Below, piece after piece: positions 9,273 through 15,999 of a stretch of 24,000 nt of DNA. The DNA is from Bacteroidales bacterium (GTDB lineage: Bacteria > Bacteroidota > Bacteroidia > Bacteroidales > P3). The position numbers and the translations under genes are program-made. The stretch is taken from assembly GCA_963678155.1 (NCBI GenBank), contig OY782678.1, positions 345,724-369,723 of the forward strand, in the 5' to 3' direction. Positions within the stretch are counted from its first letter, which is position 1, and each line of letters opens with the position of its first letter. Below the pieces are notes generated by a model. It searched no databases. It worked only from the letters and a program-made list of their open reading frames with translations, and had not been told where the DNA came from.

Positions 9273-10808
9273 TTATTGTTCTTTCTTCTTACTTGTTAAA
9301 TTATAAGTAAAACTAATAAACCAACCTGCTTTTATAACTTTTTCAGTTAAAGGAGTATCGTCATTTAAGTTAAGAGTTGGATTACCCAAAGAATATTTCC
9401 CCTTTAAATAATCAACATTAGCAAGAGATAAACCAGTAGAAATAATAAACCTTTCACTCGACCCTAACATTGCACTAAGCCCTAAAAAAGCCTGCAAATT
9501 AGTTAAATCGGTTGAATTTAATCCTAACCCAAATGTTAATGCTGGCTTAAAATTCTTATTACAACGTTTAGAAACATGAAGCAATGCTCCTAAAGAAAAC
9601 TGAGCTAAGCTATTATTTTTATCTTGAGAAATAATAGACATAGAACTATCTGCCAAATAATTTGATATGCTATACTTCCTATTATAAAGATTATTAGTAA
9701 CAAAAAATCCTGTACTAAAATCTATTTTCACACCCCCATATATAGGAACTTCAACATTAAAATCTCTTTCCTCTGAAGCAAATATTGGATCATTACCTTC
9801 TCTTGGTTTAATTATTAAATTATAATTAATTATATCTTCCTTTGCTTGAATAGGATCTGATACAACAAAATAATTGTTTTCATTTAATAACTCTGTATAT
9901 AACTTATTAATTTCCTGGAATAAAAGATTATAATCATAAGCTGAAACTTTATAATTTAATTTATCTGCTTCTTTTAATAAAGCCTCAACCGAAGCAAATG
10001 TATTATCATCAATACCTTGACCTTTACATTTATTTATTATTTCAAGCTTATATACTTCTGATACTCTTTTAACAATATCGTAGTTCTCTTCAAATGCTTT
10101 TAATAATGAATTTAATTCTAAAAGGTTAGAATATTCTTTTAACAAGTCATCAACCTTTTCTTTAACTTCATCATATTTAATACCATCAATTAAAGAAATT
10201 CTAATTAATTTATTCTTAATATCTTTTGTTTCTTCTAATCTATAAAATGATTTACTTAATATTTTGCCTTTCGATTGAATTATTGTTAGCCGTTTAAATA
10301 TCAACTTATTAATATCTTCATTATCAAAACCCTTATCTTCTTGTTTTTGATTTAGTTCAAAATAAAATTTTGAACTAATAGAATCAATATTCTTTCTTAA
10401 ACCTTCTGGATCGGATTTTGTATATTTCTTATTTTCCAAACTATCTTCTAAGTCTTGAATTTTCAAATATTTATTCTTCATTTCTTGACCTACAGGACTT
10501 CTATTTATTTGTTCATTAACTCCATCTACTGCGGATTGTACCGTATTTGTCTCATGCTTTTCAATTTTTAGCATATTAGAAAACACTTCTGGAGGTTCAG
10601 AATAAAATTCAGATTGGCTGGATTTAATCTTTACTTCGTAGATAAACTTATTAATATTTTTAACTTTGAATACACAATTTTCGCCAATTTTAACTGGTTT
10701 AATTGTATCTAATGATTTTGTTTTAAAATCATATTCCACACTATTCTGACTGAGAACAGAATTAGTTATTATCAATGATAACACTAAAAAAGGTATTAAT
10801 TTCTTCAT
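9273..10808 (-). CDS. Hypothetical envelope protein: signal peptide, long K/E/N-rich helical region, C-terminal beta-barrel-like domain
   Basis: 511 aa with signal MKKLIPFLVLSLIITNSVLSQ. The central roughly 250 aa are heptad-like (…LLKEYSNLLELNSLLKAFEENYDIVKRV…). The last roughly 150 aa show an alternating pattern (GGVKIDFSTGFFVTNN…ALTFGLGLNS…FLGLSAMLG…AGWFISFTYNL). Very AT-rich (9/60 G+C in line 10201-10260). Confidence 0.6.
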   Translation of the reverse strand: MKKLIPFLVLSLIITNSVLSQNSVEYDFKTKSLDTIKPVKIGENCVFKVKNINKFIYEVKIKSSQSEFYSEPPEVFSNMLKIEKHETNTVQSAVDGVNEQINRSPVGQEMKNKYLKIQDLEDSLENKKYTKSDPEGLRKNIDSISSKFYFELNQKQEDKGFDNEDINKLIFKRLTIIQSKGKILSKSFYRLEETKDIKNKLIRISLIDGIKYDEVKEKVDDLLKEYSNLLELNSLLKAFEENYDIVKRVSEVYKLEIINKCKGQGIDDNTFASVEALLKEADKLNYKVSAYDYNLLFQEINKLYTELLNENNYFVVSDPIQAKEDIINYNLIIKPREGNDPIFASEERDFNVEVPIYGGVKIDFSTGFFVTNNLYNRKYSISNYLADSSMSIISQDKNNSLAQFSLGALLHVSKRCNKNFKPALTFGLGLNSTDLTNLQAFLGLSAMLGSSERFIISTGLSLANVDYLKGKYSLGNPTLNLNDDTPLTEKVIKAGWFISFTYNLTSKKKEQ

Positions 10809-10829
10809 AATAATTTGGTTTTAAAGCCC

Positions 10830-10837
10830 CAAAGATA
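10830..10837 (-). promoter_or_regulatory. Candidate -7 box (TATCTTTG) for the 511-aa gene
   Basis: The minus strand reads TATCTTTG 22-29 nt upstream of the ATG at 10808. Only a partial -33 (ATTG) is present about 18 nt upstream. Confidence 0.3.
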
Positions 10838-10995
10838 TATATTATTTCAGAAAAACAATATTTTTTATCCTTAATTTTAAAACCAGTTGTTAAATCTATT
10901 ATCATTTTGATGCTGTTTTTAAGAATATTTATAGTTTAAGACTTGGTTTATTATGAATTTTTATAGTTAGGATTGATAAAATATTTGCTCTTTTT

Positions 10996-11203
10996 TGGCG
11001 TATATTTTAAGGGTATTTTAGGTTTTATTTATGGAGTATTTCGATTTGGAAGATTTTCTTATTGAATTTTGGAGTTGGAGTTTTCATAATACAAAGATGG
11101 AGTTTTCATACCTCAAAAATGGCGTTTTTGAAGTTAAAGATGGCGTTTTTGAGGTGTAATTATGGAGTCTTTTTGGTGTAAAGATGGCGTCTTTTTACAA
11201 AGG
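10996..11203 (+). repeat. Phased iteron-like direct repeat array (core TGG[A/C]GT(C)TTTT, period 21-22 bp)
   Basis: Core T positions are 11076, 11098, 11120, 11141, 11163 and 11185, with spacings 22, 22, 21, 22, 22. The units are TGGAGTTTTCATAAT, TGGAGTTTTCATACC, TGGCGTTTTTGAAG, TGGCGTTTTTGAGG, TGGAGTCTTTTTGG, TGGCGTCTTTTTAC, mostly preceded by AAAGA. Degenerate copies sit at 10996 (TGGCGTATATTTT), 11032 (TGGAGTATTTC), 11047 (TGGAAGATTTTC) and 11070 (TGGAGT). All are in the same orientation. Confidence 0.8.
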
Positions 11204-11207
11204 AAAC

Positions 11208-11237
11208 AAAAAAAAGAAGACCTCTTACGTGGTCTTC
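11208..11237 (-). terminator. Intrinsic terminator oriented for minus-strand transcription
   Basis: Stem GAAGACC (11216-11222) pairs with GGTCTTC (11231-11237) across an 8-nt loop. On the minus strand the hairpin is followed by a run of eight T (plus-strand A-run 11208-11215). There is no T-run on the plus-strand side. Confidence 0.55.
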
Positions 11238-11859
11238 GATGTCTAAATTATATGACTCTGAAAAAAATTATATTGTGTGTTTTTATGAGGTTTGCTTTTC
11301 TTTAATTTTAGTTTTCCTGTTTTTTATGTGTTGTTTAAGGCTTTTTAAGATTAGTTTAGTTCTTTAGAATTATGATTTTTGGTTTTTAGGAATTCTAACT
11401 ATATACTTATTAGAGTTATTCCTATGGCTTTTTCTTGGTTGGTTTTGGCATTAGTTTAGTCAATTTATTTGCCATATTTTGATTTATTTCACTGATAATT
11501 AGATAGGTTTTCATAATATTATTGTTTTTATATGTGGTTATTATAATTATATTTCTGCTCTTTTCTTGTCGTTTTTTATCCTTCCTACATTTACATAAAC
11601 ACTTTTTCTATCCAAAAAGTAAACATCTTTATGGTCTTTTAATTTTTTATTATGGTCTCAATATTGATGATTTATTTCTTAATTATAATTCTCAATTGAC
11701 TTTATTTGCTAAATATTTTTATTATCTAAGCATTGAGACCGTTGCAATTTTTTTAATAAGTTTTCATGCTATAAAAAAGAATACTTGTATTATGTCCTCA
11801 ATAATTTTAGCTCAGAAATACGATATTATATTTTAGACATTGCTTATTTTTTGTTTTGT

Positions 11860-11893
11860 TTTGTGATTAGTGGCATTTATTTTTATAATTTTG
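11860..11893 (+). promoter_or_regulatory. Candidate folE promoter (-33 TTTG, N22, -7 TAATTTTG)
   Basis: TTTG at 11860-11863 (one of three tandem TTTG) and TAATTTTG at 11886-11893. The -7 box ends 39 nt upstream of the folE ATG (11933). Confidence 0.4.
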
Positions 11894-11932
11894 CACCTTG
11901 AAATTATAATGTTATAGATAAAATATTTTCTT

Positions 11933-12547
11933 ATGGGTAATACTAATGACAACGGTTATGCTAAAATAGAACGTTATAATCCTGAAACTCTTGAAAAATT
12001 AGCTTATCATTATAAGGAGATTTTGGATTTAATTGGGGAAGACTCTAATCGTGAAGGATTGATTGACACTCCGATGCGTGTTGCTAAAGCTATGCAGTTT
12101 TTTACTCATGGTTATGATGAAAACCCTGAAGAAATCCTTCGTTCTGCCACTTTCAATGAAGACTTCAAACAAATGGTTATTGTAAAAGACATTGAAATCT
12201 ACTCTTTATGTGAGCATCACATGGTTCCTATGGTTGGAAAAGCTCATGTTGGATATATTCCTAATGGAAAGATTGTTGGTATTAGTAAAATCCCTCGTGT
12301 TGTTGAATGTTATGCTCGTCGTTTACAAGTTCAAGAAAGACTTACAAAACAAATAAAAGAATGTATTCAAAACACTTTAAATCCTCTCGGAGTTATTGTT
12401 GTTATTGAAGCTCGTCACTTATGTATGTCTATGCGTGGAGTTCAAAAACAAAATTCTGTTACCACTACTTCTGATTTCACTGGTGCTTTTCTTAGAAATG
12501 AAACAAGAGAAGAGTTCCTTCACTTAATTAGTTCAAAGCTTTCATAA
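11933..12547 (+). CDS. folE: GTP cyclohydrolase I (type 1)
   Basis: 204 aa. [13 protein letters not shown], zinc/catalytic block [20 protein letters not shown], and [11 protein letters not shown] are all canonical FolE motifs. Confidence 0.95.
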   Translation: MGNTNDNGYAKIERYNPETLEKLAYHYKEILDLIGEDSNREGLIDTPMRVAKAMQFFTHGYDENPEEILRSATFNEDFKQMVIVKDIEIYSLCEHHMVPMVGKAHVGYIPNGKIVGISKIPRVVECYARRLQVQERLTKQIKECIQNTLNPLGVIVVIEARHLCMSMRGVQKQNSVTTTSDFTGAFLRNETREEFLHLISSKLS

Positions 12548-12772
12548 TAGAAAAAGTCGTTTGATTATATAAAGTAAAACTTGGCAATAATAATAAATTA
12601 TCTTTGTCATTCTTTATTTTTTCTAAAGAGAAACTATTCTGGCTCAATGAAAATTTAGTGTAATGAAAAAAGTAGTATAGAAAAGTTATAAGTAATTGGA
12701 TTTATTAGGGGTTGCACTCAATAACTTGCTATTAAAATTATTGGAACAGTCAGATTAATAAAAATAATAATG

Positions 12773-12780
12773 TAAATTTG
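12773..12780 (+). promoter_or_regulatory. Candidate -7 box (TAAATTTG) for the YgbA-like gene
   Basis: TAAATTTG matches TAnnTTTG and ends 31 nt upstream of the ATG at 12812. No clear -33. Confidence 0.3.
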
Positions 12781-12811
12781 CTTGAAGAAAAATAGATAGG
12801 TAAACTAAATT

Positions 12812-13105
12812 ATGACTAACCGAATTGAGAAAGAGAAACGTATTATGGCGTTTATGGTTAGACTATATTGCTCAAAGAAAGAAAATAATAAAGATCTTTG
12901 TGGTAGCTGTAAAGAATTAATAGAATACTCCAAACAACTTTTAGACAATTGCCAATACAGCAATAACAAAGCCTCATGTAAAAGATGTCCAAAGCATTGT
13001 TATAAAAAAGAATATAGAGATAGAATTAGGAAAGTAATGCGTTTTTCAGGTTCAAGAATAATCATCCACAACCCCAAAGAATTCCTAAGACATCTTATAA
13101 GATAA
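12812..13105 (+). CDS. Nitrous-oxide-stimulated promoter family protein (YgbA-like Cys-rich protein)
   Basis: 97 aa. The pattern REK..I..M..LYC......LC..C..L..Y....LD.C......SCK.CP.HCYK...R..I..VMRFSG.R matches my recollection of E. coli YgbA and its family (CxxC plus CKxCPxHCY). Confidence 0.75.
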   Translation: MTNRIEKEKRIMAFMVRLYCSKKENNKDLCGSCKELIEYSKQLLDNCQYSNNKASCKRCPKHCYKKEYRDRIRKVMRFSGSRIIIHNPKEFLRHLIR

Positions 13106-13148
13106 GAGATCCAAAAGAAATTTAACTCACAGAATTTGTATTTATTAA

Positions 13149-15116
13149 TTACTCTTCTTGTTCGAGTTTTTTAAGTTTATCTATTAATTCTGTTAGGAAC
13201 TTAATATGATTCCCTATATTATATTTTTTTATTCGTGAGAGAGAGTTGATTTCTTTTTCAAATCTTTCTTTTACATCTATCAAACATTTTATATCTTGTG
13301 AATGGTATTTTTCTAAACAACCATTAGAATATATTTTTTCAGGATAATATCTCCGATTTAGAAAATCAAAAAACAAATCAAGATTATTATTACTAAGTAG
13401 GAGTAAAGAATCTGCTAGTTTTCCACCATCTACATTAATGAAAATAGGCAAATAAGAATAACTGCTTCTTCTATCTGGTAATGGAGCATTTAGTTGCTCT
13501 TGTAGTTGTGAAATATTTTCGTCATTAATATTTTCAAATATCTTTTTTAGATAATCATCTTTATTTTTTGAATTATGTATGATAATCTTATCATTAGCAT
13601 ACTTAATCATTTCTGCAAATTCATCACTTTCAAGCTCTCGATAACCTTTGTTACAAGCATATTCTCTAAACTTAACATATGGTGTGGTTTGATTATTTCT
13701 TAAAATGCTATCAATTATTTCTTTAAATTTTTCTACTAAATTAATCTCCAAAGGCTCAACTATTTCTTTTTTTATTAAAGACAATAATATTGTTACTACA
13801 TGAAGTAGAATGTAAGGATCTTCAATATTGTTATTTATTAAGCTTTTCAAAACATTGTTGTAAGCTTCTTCAAACTCATTATCTTCCAACATTTCCCATC
13901 TCAAAAGTTTTTCCCAATCTTGTTCTTTTAAATCCCTAAAAAAGACATTTTCACTTATTGATTTATTGAGACTTACAGTATCCGAATAGCCATTATTAAT
14001 AAAATCTATGATAAAGTAATATTGTATTACTGACATTCGAGGATAAATCTTGAATTTATTAAGTTCTTCACTATATTTTATTCTAATCTTTTGTTCCTCT
14101 TTCTTTTCTTCCTCTTTAAGACAAAATTTAGTGATATTATTAATACTATTGTTACCGCTTTTATACTCTAAATACACTAAAATAAAATGTCCCAGAAGAC
14201 TATTCAAGAAATTATTATATTCTTTGTGTTCAGTAATATTTCTTTCAAATTGCTTTAAAAAGCGTTTAAAATCTATAATTGACAGTCTAAGAATTCTTAG
14301 GTTTTCTATTTTTGAAGCTTCAAAAATGCCTTTTATTAATTTTTTAGAGGTTATCAAAATCTCATTTTCTTTTGATGATGTAGAATTATTGATAAATACT
14401 TCAATTGCTTTATCAATATCTGCATGAATAGTAAATGTTTGTCCTATTAATTTTTCTTTAAAATCTTTATAAGAGTCACTATCTTCCTTACATTTATCTG
14501 ACATTTTACTCTCATCTGAAAGTAGAATTACTTTACAATTAAAATGCTCAACAAATTCATTAATATAACCAAAAAGCTCGCTTATTTTTAATTTACATCT
14601 TTCAAGATCGTCAAATATAATTAGTTTATTTCCTTTAATTTTATCATTTCCACCTTTTAACAAACCCAATGAATTAATATCGAATGATATTTTGCCATCA
14701 CTCTTCCCGTTGCCATCTATATCAAGATTAATATGTGATACTGTTTTAACAGCACCTAAAAGAACATTCTTCATTATTTTGGCTCCTTTTGAATATAATA
14801 AAGGATTTAGAGCTTCTTTTATTTTATCATTTATTTGTTTAGTGTTTGAAACTCCATATAAGCTTATGTAAATTGGTTTTAAAAATACTTTTTCATCAAT
14901 ACATTTATTTTTTCTTGACAAAAAGCAAGTCTTTTTAGTTGTTGAATTATCTTTTTCCTGTTTTAGTTCTGAATTCCATTCTTTGATTTTATTTTTAATG
15001 AAAAAAGTTTTCCCAGAACCCCATTTCCCGTTTATCAATACGGCAAACTGTGGATCAGCTAGTCCCCTATAGAATTTTAAATAATCCTCAAGTTTTTCGT
15101 TAATTGGATTGTCCAT
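13149..15116 (-). CDS. KAP-family P-loop NTPase (PifA-like), soluble variant with a long helical C-terminal region
   Basis: 655 aa. Walker A G30-KWGSGKT-37, Walker B LIIFDDLER (aa 165-173), and the KAP-type N-x-R-I-x-R motif (IENLRILRL). No TM-length hydrophobic insert between Walker A and B. The C-terminal roughly 430 aa are K/E/N/I-rich with no recognised motif. AT-rich (14/60 and 15/60 G+C in two sampled lines). Confidence 0.8.
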   Translation of the reverse strand: MDNPINEKLEDYLKFYRGLADPQFAVLINGKWGSGKTFFIKNKIKEWNSELKQEKDNSTTKKTCFLSRKNKCIDEKVFLKPIYISLYGVSNTKQINDKIKEALNPLLYSKGAKIMKNVLLGAVKTVSHINLDIDGNGKSDGKISFDINSLGLLKGGNDKIKGNKLIIFDDLERCKLKISELFGYINEFVEHFNCKVILLSDESKMSDKCKEDSDSYKDFKEKLIGQTFTIHADIDKAIEVFINNSTSSKENEILITSKKLIKGIFEASKIENLRILRLSIIDFKRFLKQFERNITEHKEYNNFLNSLLGHFILVYLEYKSGNNSINNITKFCLKEEEKKEEQKIRIKYSEELNKFKIYPRMSVIQYYFIIDFINNGYSDTVSLNKSISENVFFRDLKEQDWEKLLRWEMLEDNEFEEAYNNVLKSLINNNIEDPYILLHVVTILLSLIKKEIVEPLEINLVEKFKEIIDSILRNNQTTPYVKFREYACNKGYRELESDEFAEMIKYANDKIIIHNSKNKDDYLKKIFENINDENISQLQEQLNAPLPDRRSSYSYLPIFINVDGGKLADSLLLLSNNNLDLFFDFLNRRYYPEKIYSNGCLEKYHSQDIKCLIDVKERFEKEINSLSRIKKYNIGNHIKFLTELIDKLKKLEQEE

Positions 15117-15191
15117 GTTATTTGTAATTAGTTGAAAAAATAGATATTCTCTGACGCTTTAATATTATAATTTATTTTTTATATCAAGCTC

Positions 15192-15199
15192 CAAAGGTA
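15192..15199 (-). promoter_or_regulatory. Candidate -7 box (TACCTTTG) for the KAP NTPase gene
   Basis: The minus strand reads TACCTTTG 76-83 nt upstream of the ATG at 15116, in the 245-bp gap after the sugar transferase gene. No -33 TTTG at the proper spacing. Confidence 0.25.
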
Positions 15200-15361
15200 G
15201 ATAAATATTTGTATATTTTGTATGGAATTTAAGACCTATTTTAACTAAACCCCTCATCTTAGTAGATTTATTCTCACTCGCTTCTTTATTATAGAATTTT
15301 TAATCCGTAAGACAAATCTTTTTGTGCAAATACAAAATAGTGAATAGAAGAATTTGATTTT

Positions 15362-15973
15362 TTATCCGAATATTGTTTTGAAGATTAGTTTTATGTCTCC
15401 ACAGAATGTTCTGGTTTTTATGTATTCTAAGTTTAGGGCAAGCTTTTGAGGCATTATTTCTTTTATGTAGTATTCTTCTGGGTTGGAGCTTTGGGCAAGT
15501 AGGTCGTTTTCGTTACGGAATTTAATTGATGCTATATCGGTTATTCCTGGACGAATGGATAAGACTTGTTTTTGTTCTTCTGTGTATAGTTCTACATATT
15601 TCCTTACTTCTGGTCTTGGTCCTACTAAAGACATATCGCCTTTTAATACATTTATAAGTTGTGTTAATTCGTCAAGTTTATATTTCCTTATAAAGTATCC
15701 TACTTTCGTTACTCTTGGGTCTTTGCCATCTTTTCCAATAGATAGTAATCCTTTTTTATCGGCATCAATTATCATTGAGCGAAACTTATATAGCAAGAAA
15801 GTTCTGTTCCCTTTTCCTACTCTTTCTTGTTTATAGAATACTCCTCCTTTACTTCCGAAACCAACAAATAAAGCTAATATAATAAATAATGGACTAAGTA
15901 TAATTAGTCCAAGCAAGGAAGCAAAGAAATCAAATAGCCTTTTCATTTTTTTAGTAACTAATAAAAAGGACAA
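15362..15973 (-). CDS. Small monotopic phosphoglycosyl transferase (bacterial sugar transferase, PglC/WcfS-like initiating enzyme)
   Basis: 203 aa. Re-entrant helix KRLFDFFASLLGLIILSPLFIILALFV, then YKFRSM, the Asp-Glu dyad in KLDELTQL, then LVGPRPE and RPGITD. The true start is probably Met10 (ATG at 15946). Confidence 0.85.
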   Translation of the reverse strand: MSFLLVTKKMKRLFDFFASLLGLIILSPLFIILALFVGFGSKGGVFYKQERVGKGNRTFLLYKFRSMIIDADKKGLLSIGKDGKDPRVTKVGYFIRKYKLDELTQLINVLKGDMSLVGPRPEVRKYVELYTEEQKQVLSIRPGITDIASIKFRNENDLLAQSSNPEEYYIKEIMPQKLALNLEYIKTRTFCGDIKLIFKTIFG

Positions 15974-15999
15974 AAAACTAATGCCTTTTGCCCTTTTTC

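Noticed and set aside
11030-11039. Exact 10-mer TATGGAGTAT shared between 11030-11039 and 23326-23335, as evidence that the arrays are homologous
   Set aside because: In a 24-kb AT-rich window, hundreds of shared 10-mers are expected by chance (about 2.9e8 position pairs times 4^-10). It carries no weight by itself.
11120-11152. Sigma-54 promoter reading of TGGCGT…TTTG
   Set aside because: The sigma-54 consensus needs GG and GC elements in the arrangement TGGCAC-N5-TTGC. Here the T-run and TTTG begin 3 nt too early and there is no TTGC. The motif is also repeated six times in phase, which does not fit a promoter.
10996-11203. CRISPR array interpretation of the 22-bp periodic repeats
   Set aside because: The period is only 21-22 bp, with about 13 conserved and about 9 variable positions. 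That is far shorter than CRISPR repeat-plus-spacer units. The repeats are imperfect and there are no cas genes in the window.
11522-11836. 104-codon plus-strand ORF (F/L/I/Y-rich, three hydrophobic stretches) in the large intergenic region
   Set aside because: It starts at TTG (or the GTG at 11534) with no in-frame ATG near the 5' end. Its composition simply mirrors the T-rich strand, and there is no promoter-like box just upstream. I cannot support it as a gene, though a small membrane protein is not excluded (see the finding on 11204-11932).
10809-11932. Chromosomal origin (oriC) interpretation of the AT-rich region plus repeats
   Set aside because: I found no DnaA boxes (TTATCCACA / TGTGGATAA). 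The nearest is TGTGGTTAT at about 11533, with two mismatches. No dnaA, dnaN or other origin-linked gene is nearby. An iteron-type origin relic remains possible but is unsupported.
11837-11932. Riboswitch or leader structure upstream of folE
   Set aside because: The sequence is A/T-rich with no stable conserved-looking helices. It is better explained by a simple TTTG / TAATTTTG promoter and a short leader.
12548-12811. Possible small RNA or tRNA in the folE/YgbA-like spacer (locally G/C-richer patch GGGGTTGCACTC at about 12709)
   Set aside because: I could not fold a cloverleaf or a stem-terminator structure by eye, and there are no flanking promoter and terminator signals.
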